Assembly: GCF_001750685.1 (NCBI RefSeq)
Contig: NZ_CP017269.1
Span: 1,465,416 to 1,529,415, forward strand
Origin: Geosporobacter ferrireducens
GTDB lineage: Bacteria > Bacillota > Clostridia > Peptostreptococcales > Thermotaleaceae
Length of the DNA: 64,000 nt
Direction: 5' to 3'
Below the pieces are notes generated by a model, which was not told the DNA's origin, did no database searches, and saw only the letters and a program-made list of their open reading frames with translations. Numbering within the stretch: the first letter of the stretch is position 1; each line of letters starts with the position of its first letter. Both the position numbers and the translations under genes were made by a program. This document shows, piece after piece, positions 30,437 to 40,858 of the stretch.

Positions 30437-31420
30437 ATGGATAGTATCTATAATGAAATATATGGCTTGTACTATTGGATGTTAGAAAAAATACTTAAAA
30501 AAGCAATGTCGTCTGAGCTTACCCTGAAAGATATCCATGATATTGTTGCACAATATGGTTTTTCTGAAAGCAATCTATATTTTACCCCTGAGGTTATCGC
30601 TCAGGGAAAACAGGGATATAATCTGCTTAAAGAATCCGGCGCCGGTTATGCTTCTATTCTTCAGTCCAGTCCTGCAAAGCCCTTGACAAATTTGCAGAAG
30701 TCCTTTATAAAAAGTGTCCTTTCTGATAAAAAGATCCATTTGTTTTTTGACGAAGACATGCTTAAAGAAATCCATGAAGCCCTATGGGATACGGCTCCCC
30801 TTTTTAATGTGGATAACATTGCCTTTAAAGAAACTGCCTTGGATAGAGATGATTATGCCGATGAGAAATATATTTCTAATTTTAAGTGTATTCTTGGGGC
30901 AATAAGGGATAACCGGGCACTAAAAATCTGCTTTAACACTTCAAAGGGTGAGCGTAAGACAATGAAACTTGCGCCTTATAAACTGGAGTATGGAATTCGT
31001 GATGATAAGTTTCGCATATGTGGTATTCGCATACAGGAAGAAAAGGAAAATCTCTATGTGAAAATCAATCTTGCCAGAATCGTATCGATAACTGTGCTCA
31101 AGCAATCCTTTCTGTTGGATTATGAATCTTTCATCGCTGCCAAACGCAAAACAGAGCCTATTGAGATAGAGGTCTATAATCTTCGCAAAGGCTTCGAACG
31201 CGTGTTTATTGGCCTGTCCAATTATGAAAGAATCTCCAGCTTTCATGAAGAATCTGGTAAATGCAGTATTAAAATCTATTATACCGATGATGATGAGCAG
31301 GAGCTTTTAATTCTACTCCTTTCCTACGGACCTGCTATAAAAGTATTAGGTCCTCCAGATTTTAGAACCAAATTTATTGAAAGGGTACAAAAACAGTTCC
31401 ATATGTTCAATAGGCCCTAG
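30437..31420 (+). CDS. WYL-domain transcriptional regulator (second, tandem)
   Basis: WYL core KLAPYKLEYGIRDDKFRICGIRIQEEKENLYVKINLARIVSITVL and a classic WCX C-terminus ELLILLLSYGPAIKVLGPPDFRTKFIERV. Confidence 0.75.
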   Translation: MDSIYNEIYGLYYWMLEKILKKAMSSELTLKDIHDIVAQYGFSESNLYFTPEVIAQGKQGYNLLKESGAGYASILQSSPAKPLTNLQKSFIKSVLSDKKIHLFFDEDMLKEIHEALWDTAPLFNVDNIAFKETALDRDDYADEKYISNFKCILGAIRDNRALKICFNTSKGERKTMKLAPYKLEYGIRDDKFRICGIRIQEEKENLYVKINLARIVSITVLKQSFLLDYESFIAAKRKTEPIEIEVYNLRKGFERVFIGLSNYERISSFHEESGKCSIKIYYTDDDEQELLILLLSYGPAIKVLGPPDFRTKFIERVQKQFHMFNRP

Positions 31421-31442
31421 GTTCACAGCCTAAGGCCTATTT

Positions 31443-32567
31443 TCATTTCTCTTGTGCTACCAGTTGACTTAACTGCTCCAATATTCCAGCGTTTGCTGAA
31501 AGTGAGATACTTCCAACCTTATCACAGATACGCTCCAAATACTCTAGCTCCTTTAACTTATACAAGGTCTTATTCTCTTCCATTAACCTTGCAGTATTTA
31601 ACAAGCTTCTTGTGGAGGCGGTTTCTTCCCTCCTGGTTATTACGTTTGCAAAGGCTTTTTTCTCCGCAATCAAGACTGTATTCAGTATCTCTTTTATATC
31701 TCCAGGCAAGATAATATCTTTAACACCTGCCTCTATTAACGCTATACCAAACTCATCCTGCTTATGTCTGACAGAATTAAGTATGATACTGCCTATTTCA
31801 TGCTTCTGTGCAAGAAGTTCATCCAGCTTTCTGGTAGCTACATATTCTCTTAATGCAAGCTGCATGGTTATATACAGCTGCTGCTCAAAATCATCAAATT
31901 CCATGGTTACTTTGACAGGATCTACTATTTTATACTGGCATATATAATTCATGCGAAGGGTTACTTTATCTTCAGACAGTAGTTCCTGTCCCGATATTTC
32001 AAGCAGTTGTTTCCTTCCATCTACTATTCTTACCTCTACAGTGTTTATCCCCCTTACGAAATAATGGCTTCCCGATGAAAGGATTTTTAAAAACGTACCA
32101 TTGACCGTAAGAATTCCAATTTTACCTGCAGGTACACTGTATGAATGAATATACTTAAAACCCTCTTTTCTGAAATATTCTCTACCGAATATATTCAGAT
32201 CAACACGATCTGGTAAAAAGGGAGAGTTTGTATCGATTACAACAAATGTATGCTTCTTTATGGTATTGAAATAGGCGTGAGAGCCATAGACAAGAATATC
32301 GCAGAAGTTCCCATCAACATAATGCAATGCAATTTCGTTATCCTTCAGATTGATAACATCCAATTTATTTGCCAAAAAATCATCATCTAAGAACAGGGAT
32401 AATTCGTGCCCCACTTCAAATTTACCTGCCATATCTACTGAAAGTATCCATTTTTTTGTAAAAGGCATCATATAATAGGTTTTTGAAGGTAATGCCTTGA
32501 TAAAACTGTTATTTTCAAACAACAGACCTACCTCATGGGTATTTACTATGTACTTCATACGTCTCAC
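31443..32567 (-). CDS. SPFH/band-7 (stomatin-prohibitin-like) domain protein
   Basis: C-terminal region IALIEAGVKDIILPGDIKEILNTVLIAEKKAFANVITRREETASTRSLLNTARLMEEN typical of SPFH proteins. N-terminal 120 aa of unknown type. Confidence 0.6.
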   Translation of the reverse strand: MRRMKYIVNTHEVGLLFENNSFIKALPSKTYYMMPFTKKWILSVDMAGKFEVGHELSLFLDDDFLANKLDVINLKDNEIALHYVDGNFCDILVYGSHAYFNTIKKHTFVVIDTNSPFLPDRVDLNIFGREYFRKEGFKYIHSYSVPAGKIGILTVNGTFLKILSSGSHYFVRGINTVEVRIVDGRKQLLEISGQELLSEDKVTLRMNYICQYKIVDPVKVTMEFDDFEQQLYITMQLALREYVATRKLDELLAQKHEIGSIILNSVRHKQDEFGIALIEAGVKDIILPGDIKEILNTVLIAEKKAFANVITRREETASTRSLLNTARLMEENKTLYKLKELEYLERICDKVGSISLSANAGILEQLSQLVAQEK

Positions 32568-32834
32568 CTCGTTTATATTTTAGACACATTCAGGTGTCCT
32601 ATTTGCGCAGGACTGTTTAAGGGACTTAAAACAAATTCTGACGGGCTCAAATTAAGTATGCCTTAAATCAACCGAAAGGCAGTAAGTCCTTTGAGTCAAT
32701 TTAAAAGTAGTACTCGCCTACCCTACATACGATATCCTTTTATGCACAAGGTCAGTTTCTGCCTGTCTTGCAGGATAATTTCCTGCCGGACTAAGCCCTC
32801 TTATCCAGCCACTTGATTTGAATTTACCTTAACA

Positions 32835-32918
32835 GGGTAACCTAGAGGGGAGTCGAACCCCACACCATAGGTGCAACCATAGCTGACCGCTCTACCAATT
32901 GAGCTACACAAACCCCTG
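32835..32918 (-). pseudogene. degenerate tRNA-like sequence (intact D-arm GTAGCTCAATTGGTAGAGC and T-arm GGGGTTCGACTCCCC, no foldable anticodon stem); a second T-arm-like hairpin GAAGGTTCAAATCCTTC at 32924-32940
   Basis: Seen directly. I could not fold a cloverleaf: the anticodon region carries a CTATGG direct duplication, and the acceptor strands do not pair. Confidence 0.3.
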
Positions 32919-33199
32919 AGGTTTGAGGAAGGATTTGAACCTTCTACACATCAGTTCTCTTAGGGCAAGCTCAGGCATACATAGGATCATGGATCAAATG
33001 CACCGCGCAGTCTCAAAACTGCCGCATTAAGCTTGCTTCCACAGCACTCGGCTGTAATTATATATTATAATGAATTGCTTTTGTTTTCATGAAAAAAAGT
33101 GTGCGAAGTTTTATTTGGGATAGTAGACGCCAATCTCTTTCCTACCACATATGATAGTAGAAAGGTGGTTTTGGAGGTGTTCCTAAAACATTTCCCTTT

Positions 33200-33661
33200 A
33201 TGGGAGTATTAAGATTAGAATCAAGGGGTCAAGTACTGCAAGCCGCTTATCCTGTTGCTATTGGTAAACCCAGTATAGCTAGTCCTACAGGTACTTTCAA
33301 AATCACGGAAAAAGCCCCCAATCCAGATGGTGTATTCGATACACGACGGATGCGCTTCTATAAGGATTATGGCATCCACGGCACCAACAATCCTGCTTCG
33401 ATTGGTAACACCGTATCTAATGGCTGCATCCGTATGTTCAATGAGGATGTGAATTTCATCTATGCAGTGGTCACCATCGGCACAGATGTTCGGATCATTC
33501 CTTCTGAAAGAAGTTTCCGTACCTATGCGGTACAGCCAGGAGGCACCTTGTATTCTATTGCTTTGAGATTTGGCGTATCCTTTTCGGATCTTCTTAGCGC
33601 AAATGTCGGCGTGGATAATGTAGATGTGATCTATATAGGACAGGAGTTGGTTATTCCTTAA
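33200..33661 (+). CDS. small L,D-transpeptidase (YkuD catalytic domain) with C-terminal LysM domain; the only intact member of a dispersed repeat family
   Basis: Catalytic HGT...SNGCIRM (His/Cys) motif, and the LysM segment TYAVQPGGTLYSIALRFGVSFSDLLSAN. Confidence 0.8.
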   Translation: MGVLRLESRGQVLQAAYPVAIGKPSIASPTGTFKITEKAPNPDGVFDTRRMRFYKDYGIHGTNNPASIGNTVSNGCIRMFNEDVNFIYAVVTIGTDVRIIPSERSFRTYAVQPGGTLYSIALRFGVSFSDLLSANVGVDNVDVIYIGQELVIP

Positions 33662-33854
33662 AGAAAACCTTTTTATTTTATAGTGTTATCAGCATATATT
33701 ATTGTATGGATATATAATCTTGGAAACAACCCAAGCGTCCCCAAGGCTTCTATTGAGCAGACAAAAATGATGCCACGAAAACCCAGTGGTTCCCTGACAA
33801 AAGGTTATCTTGGTAACCATTTGAAAACGCTTTCTGTGTCAAATGATTATCCTA

Positions 33855-34511
33855 TTACTTTTCCTGTAATTCCTTCAATTTTTCTATGTCAGAAATAATA
33901 TATTCTTTTCCCTTTTCTTTTTTTAATACTCCCAACTCACAGAATTGCTCAATGACGTATAGCACATGACGATAACTAACATTCATATATTCAGAAACAT
34001 CTGTATGAGGAATACTATATATACTATTTTGTTGATATTGAAGAATAAACGCCGCAAGTCTTCTATTCAAAGAATAATTTAAGTTCTCACTCATTCGATA
34101 ACTTCTGGCTAATAATTTGTTGGCAATATACGATGCAAAATAAAAAGAAACTTTTGCATTTTCTTTGCACAATTTTCGTAATTCATTCATATTAAATTCC
34201 AAGCATTCGACATCTTGAAGAACTCTATTTTCTTTTATGTCTGATTCATAGCAGAACAAGGAAAGCTCCCCTAACCAGTCATTTTTCCCTACAAAGTCAA
34301 GGATTGAACGTCGCCCGTTTTTATGATCGATATAAATTTTAGCAGTCCCAGACAGAATAAAATAGCAATATACTGGACTACTGTTCAATTTATAAATATT
34401 ATCTCTTTTTAAGAAAGTCCTTTTCTTTCCGATTTCAAATACTACCGTCGGCATCTCATTATCAAAAAACATATATATTTCTCTCCAAATATGATATTTC
34501 TCATATTTCAT
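33855..34511 (-). CDS. Crp/Fnr-family transcriptional regulator
   Basis: cNMP-binding-like beta-roll plus C-terminal HTH SVSEYMNVSYRHVLYVIEQFCELGVLKKEKG. Confidence 0.8.
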   Translation of the reverse strand: MKYEKYHIWREIYMFFDNEMPTVVFEIGKKRTFLKRDNIYKLNSSPVYCYFILSGTAKIYIDHKNGRRSILDFVGKNDWLGELSLFCYESDIKENRVLQDVECLEFNMNELRKLCKENAKVSFYFASYIANKLLARSYRMSENLNYSLNRRLAAFILQYQQNSIYSIPHTDVSEYMNVSYRHVLYVIEQFCELGVLKKEKGKEYIISDIEKLKELQEK

Positions 34512-34572
34512 TTCCCTTTTTTATTATAACATGTTTATAAAAATAAGAATATTGCATTATCTGAGGTGAAAT

Positions 34573-35199
34573 ATGATTCCACAACATACGAAAAAGTTAT
34601 TATATTCAGTATTGGCTTTCCTGACGCTGGGCTTAGGTATTTCTCTGCAAATCAAAGCTGGGATTGGGCAAAGTATGTTTAATGCCTTTTCTTTGATTTT
34701 GGCAGAGTTATCTAATTTAGAGATCGGAACTGTGCTTAACTTTTTAAATATGTCATTTCTTATAATTTATCTCATGGTCCGACGGTCTCAAATTAACCGC
34801 CGAGATATTGTTCAAATAGTTGCGACTATAGTAAATGGCTATATCGTTAACTTTTATATTTACATCATTTTGAACCATTTAATAATTCAAACATACTTGA
34901 TGAAAGTATTGTTATTTATGATTGGGCTTATATTAGCTTCCATTAGTCTCGGGGCAATTCTAGCTATGGAGATCATTCAGTTCCCTCTAGAAAGTTTATG
35001 CATTGCATTGGCTCAAAAGCTTGGATGTAAACTGACGACAATTCGAATGCTATTTGATATTTTCTTTGCGATTAGCACTCTGATACTTACTTCAATAACC
35101 AGTCGTGGCCTATATATAAGAGAAGGAACTATCATTAGCTTTTTCATGCTCTCAAGGTTAATGGGTTTCTCATACTATTTTCATAAAAAACATTTATAG
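34573..35199 (+). CDS. YczE/YitT-like polytopic membrane protein
   Basis: 208 aa, 5-6 TM helices, motif IKAGIGQSMFNAF. Family call is tentative. Confidence 0.5.
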   Translation: MIPQHTKKLLYSVLAFLTLGLGISLQIKAGIGQSMFNAFSLILAELSNLEIGTVLNFLNMSFLIIYLMVRRSQINRRDIVQIVATIVNGYIVNFYIYIILNHLIIQTYLMKVLLFMIGLILASISLGAILAMEIIQFPLESLCIALAQKLGCKLTTIRMLFDIFFAISTLILTSITSRGLYIREGTIISFFMLSRLMGFSYYFHKKHL

Positions 35200-35214
35200 A
35201 AGGAGTTGTAGATT

Positions 35215-35889
35215 ATGTATAATATCATTTTAATGGACTTAGACAATACTATTTTGGATTTTGATGCTGCGGAAAAAGAAAGTTTCAGAAAAATCATAGA
35301 ATTATCAGGACTAAACTATACAGATGCGTTATTGCAACAATATAAAAAAATAAACAAATCTTTATGGAATCGTCTCGAACAAGGACATCTTCCAAAAGAT
35401 GTCGTATTGAATACGCGTTTCAGTGAGTTTTTTGAGCTTTATGGCATTCAAGTTGATGGTAGCGATATAGAAAAAAAGTACAGATTTTACCTTGATAATT
35501 CTTCCTCGCTCATTTCCAATGCAGAATACACCTTAACAAAACTTAAGATGATGGGAAAAAGAATTTATTCAGCATCTAACGGTGTATATACAACACAAAT
35601 CAAGCGCTTGTCAAACGCTGGCATAATTGACTTGTTTGATGGACATTTTATCTCTGACAAAATAAAATATGAAAAGCCTTCCCCTTATTTCTTTGGATAC
35701 TGCCTCAAAAACATATATGGAGCTTTAAACAGTTCCATAATCATGGTAGGAGATAACCCTACTTCTGATGTGCAGGGAGCCGTTAATGTCGGAATTGATT
35801 CTTGTTTTTATCAACACAGCAAAAATGTTGAATGTACCTATGCCAACTATATCATACATGACATATCCGAACTTTTAGATATCGTATAG
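35215..35889 (+). CDS. HAD-superfamily hydrolase (subfamily IA, YjjG-like nucleotidase)
   Basis: DxD motif ILMDLDNTILDF, a cap domain, and C-terminal GDNPTSDVQGA. Confidence 0.8.
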   Translation: MYNIILMDLDNTILDFDAAEKESFRKIIELSGLNYTDALLQQYKKINKSLWNRLEQGHLPKDVVLNTRFSEFFELYGIQVDGSDIEKKYRFYLDNSSSLISNAEYTLTKLKMMGKRIYSASNGVYTTQIKRLSNAGIIDLFDGHFISDKIKYEKPSPYFFGYCLKNIYGALNSSIIMVGDNPTSDVQGAVNVGIDSCFYQHSKNVECTYANYIIHDISELLDIV

Positions 35890-36253
35890 TTTTTTTTATT
35901 AAAGATGATTATTCTCAATTTATCAGTAAGCAAAAGTCCTCGACGATCATCCCCACACTCAATGGGTTCTATCCATTCTCATTGTTTTCTTTTCTCAGTT
36001 TTCAAACTTCGCCAGGTGCTCCACATGTATTATTTTTGAAAATTAAAGCAAACGCAACATTGATCAGGTCTCCTCAACTCTATGCAAAATGTCCAATATC
36101 AAGTTTGTTCACTTAACCCTATCCATTTTTATACCATAGATATTCTTTTCCACATTCAAAAATAAAGATTTCCAAGCACCAGTTCTTTTCTATCAGATAC
36201 TCATTCGGAAAGTCCCATGCTCGGAAACCCTATATTTCGAGCCTACTATTTAA

Positions 36254-37258
36254 TTAGCATATCCTGGGGAGCATATCTCCCTCAAGAGGCCCAACAATTC
36301 TCCTGCCCCCAATAACTGTTTCCATCACTACCTTTGGAAATAGTCCAGTGGAAAGAAAGCTACCAATGATTGCTGCATCTTCACAGTCTTCACATTGCCA
36401 AATTTCCTCTAGTACCGCTCTAGCCTTCTGCTTGTCAACCACAATGATCAGCCTGCCCTCACAGGCATGATATAGTGGGTCTAGTCCTAAAAGCTCATTG
36501 ATAGATTTCACTTCCACAGCTATCGGAATAGCCTCTTCTAATAGCTGAATTCCGCGTCCTGATGCCTCTAGGATTTCATTTAAGGCAGTTGCCAAACCTC
36601 CTCTGGTAGGATCCTTCATTAACTTAATACTTCCCATATATGTCTGAAGCTTTTCAAGAATATGATTTAATGGTCTACAATCGCTTTTTATATTTTCTTC
36701 TACTTTTATTCCATACCGTTCCACCGCTATGGTAGTGCCATGCTGGGCAATTCCCCCAGTGATAATAATTTGATCTCCCGCTTGAATGGGTTTTGGTTGA
36801 TACTGAGCCTGAACCACGCCTATTCCAGAAGTATTGATGAATACCCCATCTACTGAGCCTTTCTCCACCACCTTTGTATCTCCTGTGATTATTTTCACTC
36901 CTGTTTTTCTACAGGTCTCTCCGATGGAGGCTGCAATTCTCTCAAGCAGCTCCATATCAAAGCCCTCTTCAATGATAAAGCCACAGCTTAAATATAATGA
37001 TCTGGCTCCTGCTGCAACGAGATCATTTATGGTACCACAGACAGCTAATTTGCCAATGTTTCCCCCTGGAAACACCAGAGGCTTTACAACAAAGGAGTCT
37101 GTTGTAAAGGCCAGTCTCCCATGAATCCCATCAAATACAGATGCATCTAGAGAATTTACTAACATATCGTTATGAAAATGCTTATAAAAGATATCCTTGA
37201 TCAGTATGCTTGTATGTTTTCCTCCGTCTCCATGGCGGAGCATCACTGTTTTTTCCAT
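36254..37258 (-). CDS. hypE: [NiFe]-hydrogenase maturation factor HypE (carbamoyl dehydratase)
   Basis: AIR-synthase-like fold: LRHGDGGKHTS N-terminus and C-terminal PRIC. Start MEKTV at 37258, one nt after the hypD stop. Confidence 0.9.
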   Translation of the reverse strand: MEKTVMLRHGDGGKHTSILIKDIFYKHFHNDMLVNSLDASVFDGIHGRLAFTTDSFVVKPLVFPGGNIGKLAVCGTINDLVAAGARSLYLSCGFIIEEGFDMELLERIAASIGETCRKTGVKIITGDTKVVEKGSVDGVFINTSGIGVVQAQYQPKPIQAGDQIIITGGIAQHGTTIAVERYGIKVEENIKSDCRPLNHILEKLQTYMGSIKLMKDPTRGGLATALNEILEASGRGIQLLEEAIPIAVEVKSINELLGLDPLYHACEGRLIIVVDKQKARAVLEEIWQCEDCEDAAIIGSFLSTGLFPKVVMETVIGGRRIVGPLEGDMLPRIC

Positions 37259-37259
37259 T

Positions 37260-38354
37260 CTACACTTCCTCCCCATACCGATAGTCAATGGAACAAGCCC
37301 CCTCTGTAGACACCATACAAGGCCCCTGAGGGCTCATTGGGTTACATCCTTTCTTAAAAAGCTTACATTCCCTCGGTGTCTTCTTTCCCAGTAAAATATC
37401 CTTACAATCACAGCCCATACTGACTTTTACCTGTTGATTTTCTAGCACAAATACCTTTCTTGCATCAAATCTAGCATATTTTTCTTTAATCTGTAGAGAA
37501 GAGTTTTCTATGTTACCAATTCCCCGCCACTCTCCATCTAAAATATTGAATACCTCATCTATCAACAGATTGGCAGTGGTATTCCCTTGAGGGCTTACAC
37601 ATCTTTTATATAGATTTTGAAAGGCGTCTTCTTTCCCTTGGGTGATCTGCTTCACCAGATAATATATCCCTGCTACAATGTCAACAGCTTCAAATCCACA
37701 TACGGCAGCTGGAACATGGTACTTCCTATTTATAAACTTAAAATAATCAGATCCCTTAATCGTAGCCACATGGCCTGGACAGATAAATCCATGGATCTGA
37801 TTGTTAGATTCCTTTAAAATATAATGCAGGATTGGTGCCATTAGCTTGAGGGAGGTAAGGAAATATAGGTTATCAATGCCCCTCTCCGCAGCCGTTTTAG
37901 TTGCTAAAGCTATAATAGGAGCTGTAGTTTCAAAACCTACCCCTAGAAAAACAATTTGTTTTCCTCTGTACTTTTCTGCTATATCAATGATGTCTAAAGG
38001 TGAATAAATTATCCTGACATCCTTCCCCTTCCCCTTTTCCTCCAGCAGGCTTCCCTTTCTTCCCCTCACTTTCATCAAGTCTCCAAAGGTAACCACTGTT
38101 ACATTATATCTATTTAAAATCTCTATAGCCCAGTCAATATACCTTTCTTCCGTTACACAGACAGGGCATCCTGGACCTGATAAAAGCTTTATTTTGGAGG
38201 ATAACAGCGTTCTTAGCCCCAGCTTAGCAATCATCTGAGTGTGGGTACCACAGACCTCCATAATCTTTATTTCTTCTGTGACCATGGAATTCACCTCATT
38301 GATTAGGTTGGTTAACAAATCCTTATCTATATCTATCTTCCTTCTCATTTCCAT
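37260..38354 (-). CDS. hypD: [NiFe]-hydrogenase maturation factor HypD
   Basis: Motifs MEVCGTHT, GPGCPVCV and FxCPGH. Start region overlaps the hypC end. Confidence 0.9.
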   Translation of the reverse strand: MEMRRKIDIDKDLLTNLINEVNSMVTEEIKIMEVCGTHTQMIAKLGLRTLLSSKIKLLSGPGCPVCVTEERYIDWAIEILNRYNVTVVTFGDLMKVRGRKGSLLEEKGKGKDVRIIYSPLDIIDIAEKYRGKQIVFLGVGFETTAPIIALATKTAAERGIDNLYFLTSLKLMAPILHYILKESNNQIHGFICPGHVATIKGSDYFKFINRKYHVPAAVCGFEAVDIVAGIYYLVKQITQGKEDAFQNLYKRCVSPQGNTTANLLIDEVFNILDGEWRGIGNIENSSLQIKEKYARFDARKVFVLENQQVKVSMGCDCKDILLGKKTPRECKLFKKGCNPMSPQGPCMVSTEGACSIDYRYGEEV

Positions 38355-38562
38355 CCACCATACTTTCAAGTATACCTAGTAAATCATCATAATAGCTTCT
38401 GTCAATCTTCTCAATAGCACACCCCACATGGATTAGCACATGCTCTCCAACCTTTAAATGTTCAATTAATTGTATATTGACAATCGTTTCTACACCCATG
38501 ATTTTTACCCTCGCCTCGGGAGAAAATAATTCAATAACTTCCCCAGGAACTGCAATACACAT
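38323..38562 (-). CDS. hypC: [NiFe]-hydrogenase maturation factor HypC/HupF
   Basis: N-terminal MCIAVPG (essential Cys2). 79 aa. Confidence 0.85.
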   Translation of the reverse strand: MCIAVPGEVIELFSPEARVKIMGVETIVNIQLIEHLKVGEHVLIHVGCAIEKIDRSYYDDLLGILESMVDGNEKEDRYR

Positions 38563-38563
38563 A

Positions 38564-40858
38564 TCAACCCTTCCCTTCTATTGCAGCTGCTATCCCTAAT
38601 TGTCCAACTGAAATCCCACTATCATTGGTGGGAATTTGTTGATGATAATAAACGTCGTAGTCTCTTTTCTTTAACCCCTTTACTACATAAGACAATAGAT
38701 AGATATTTTCAAAAACCCCTCCGCTGAATACGATATTGTTTATATGATATCTTTCCTTTATTCTAGTGATCATCTCTAGGGTCACATTGCCTATAGTATT
38801 ATGAAATTTAGCTGAAACAGCAGAAGGAGATAATTCATCCTCTATATCTTTTAAAACCCCCATTAGAATACTTTTATAATCAATTTGATAAACTCCATTT
38901 TCTTCTCCTATATGATAAGAATAGTATTCTTTAACTGAAGGGTCTAAAATATTTTCTAATTCAATGGCAGCCTGAGCATCGTAGGTAATTCGCTGTCGTA
39001 GATTCAGTAAGGCTGCCACACAGTCAAAAAGCCTTCCCATACTAGAACTTTCAAAGCAGTTTAAGTTTTGATCCAAAGCCTGTCTGACTGTATAAATACT
39101 TTTTTTGTCTACTTCTCTCAAAACCTTCTTATACTTATAATCGATTGCATGTATATAGCTGATGGCAATTCTCCAGGGTTCTTTGATTGCTTGATTCCCG
39201 CCTTGTATGGTGACATATTTTAAATGTCCTACTCGACTAAAACTCTCCCTTGTACCTACAAAAAACTCTCCGCCCCATATTTTGCCGTCTGTCCCTAGAC
39301 CCGTTCCATCAAAAACTACCCCTATCACAGGAGAAAATAGTCTGTGCTCCACCATACAACTAACCATATGGGCATGATGATGTTGTACTGCTATTTTTTT
39401 ACCTGCTATCGATTCTGCATATTGAGAGGATAAGTAGCTCCCATTGTAGTCATGAGCGATTACTTTAGGCTTCAATCCTAATAGGTTTACTAAATTTCCT
39501 ATTGCTTTTTCATAGATCCCATAAGTATCAAAATCCTTTAAGTCTCCTAAATACTGACTCATATACCCGTATTGATTTTGAGCAGCACAAAATGTACTTT
39601 TTTCCTCTGCCCCCAAGGCTAATGCTTCTTGTGTTATATTAATTGGAAAGGTGAAGGGGATATAGCCTCTTGCCCTTCTTACCAAAACCTCTTGGTCGTT
39701 TACTACCTTTATAACGGAATCCTCCACTGGGATATGTATATCTCGATTATGCATTAAGAAATAATCAGCAATCCTTCTTAGGTTCTCAATGGCTTCATGA
39801 TTTTCATATTGTACTGGAGCACTGCTTCTATTGCCACTGGTCATGACAAGCGCTGTGATTGTCCCCTCAAACAGTAAATAATGTAACGGTGTATAAGGGA
39901 GCATCACTCCCAATTTTTTCATATTCGGAGCAATTTCATCAGGTAGTGTCTTAGACGCCTTTTTTTCTAATAGAACAATAGGTCTTTTATTGCTTAACAG
40001 GATTTTTTCTTCTATTTCATTGATCATACATAATTCTCTTGCTACCTCTATATCCTTTACCATAAGAGCAAAGGGCTTATGGGGCCTGTTTTTTCTTTTC
40101 CTCAAAGCTTTTATAGTCTCTTGATTTCCAGCATCACAGGCTAAATGATATCCTCCTAGTCCTTTAATAGCCACTATTTTCCCTCTCTGCAAAAGGTCTA
40201 TGGTTTTTTGAATAGGATCAGTGCACAGCACTTTCCTTCCTTCATTCGTCAATACATATACAGAGGGTCCGCAATTTGGACAACAATTGGGTTGAGCATG
40301 AAATCTCCTATCCGCTGGATCATTGTATTCTCCCCTGCAGCTAGGACACATTTGAAAGTCATCCATGGTTGTATGAATTCGATCATAAGGCAATTTCCTA
40401 AGAATAGAATACCGAGAGCCACAAGCTGTACAATTTGTAAAGGGGTAATGATATCTCGGGTTATGTATATTAAATATTTCTTCTAGACACTGGGGACAAG
40501 TAGCCACATCTACACCGATAAATTTAAGCCCTTTTTCATCAGAGGAGCTGAATTTAATTTGAAAGTCTATATAGCCCTTATATTCCTTCGAAATTAATTG
40601 TATCTTTTCTATGATGGACAGATTAGGAGGATTCTTAATAATTTTTATTAAAAAATCTCTTATGGCTTTCCCTTCTCCCTCTATATCTAGGAGAACAGCA
40701 CTTCCCTGATTGCTAACCCAGCCTTTAATGTTAAAAAACTCAGCCTGGTTGTAAATATAAGGCCTGTATCCTACCCCTTGGACGATTCCATAAATTTCTA
40801 TTATGTACCTTCTCTTATCGATATCCTTAAGACGATTGTTATAGTTCAAAGGTCTCAC
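38564..40858 (-). CDS. hypF: [NiFe]-hydrogenase maturation carbamoyltransferase HypF
   Basis: 764 aa: acylphosphatase domain, two CxxC-x18-CxxC zinc fingers (CPQC...CTAC, CPSC...CPNC), YrdC and Kae1-like domains. Confidence 0.9.
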   Translation of the reverse strand: MRPLNYNNRLKDIDKRRYIIEIYGIVQGVGYRPYIYNQAEFFNIKGWVSNQGSAVLLDIEGEGKAIRDFLIKIIKNPPNLSIIEKIQLISKEYKGYIDFQIKFSSSDEKGLKFIGVDVATCPQCLEEIFNIHNPRYHYPFTNCTACGSRYSILRKLPYDRIHTTMDDFQMCPSCRGEYNDPADRRFHAQPNCCPNCGPSVYVLTNEGRKVLCTDPIQKTIDLLQRGKIVAIKGLGGYHLACDAGNQETIKALRKRKNRPHKPFALMVKDIEVARELCMINEIEEKILLSNKRPIVLLEKKASKTLPDEIAPNMKKLGVMLPYTPLHYLLFEGTITALVMTSGNRSSAPVQYENHEAIENLRRIADYFLMHNRDIHIPVEDSVIKVVNDQEVLVRRARGYIPFTFPINITQEALALGAEEKSTFCAAQNQYGYMSQYLGDLKDFDTYGIYEKAIGNLVNLLGLKPKVIAHDYNGSYLSSQYAESIAGKKIAVQHHHAHMVSCMVEHRLFSPVIGVVFDGTGLGTDGKIWGGEFFVGTRESFSRVGHLKYVTIQGGNQAIKEPWRIAISYIHAIDYKYKKVLREVDKKSIYTVRQALDQNLNCFESSSMGRLFDCVAALLNLRQRITYDAQAAIELENILDPSVKEYYSYHIGEENGVYQIDYKSILMGVLKDIEDELSPSAVSAKFHNTIGNVTLEMITRIKERYHINNIVFSGGVFENIYLLSYVVKGLKKRDYDVYYHQQIPTNDSGISVGQLGIAAAIEGKG

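Noticed and set aside
32570-32920. Possibility that the T-arm + acceptor-like 3' end at 32835-32862 belongs to a tmRNA (ssrA) on the minus strand
   Set aside because: No GGGG 5' end able to pair with the 3' acceptor strand (CTAGGTT). No resume-codon or tag-peptide ORF and no pseudoknot-like repeats were found in the 350 nt upstream. It is more likely a degenerate tRNA.
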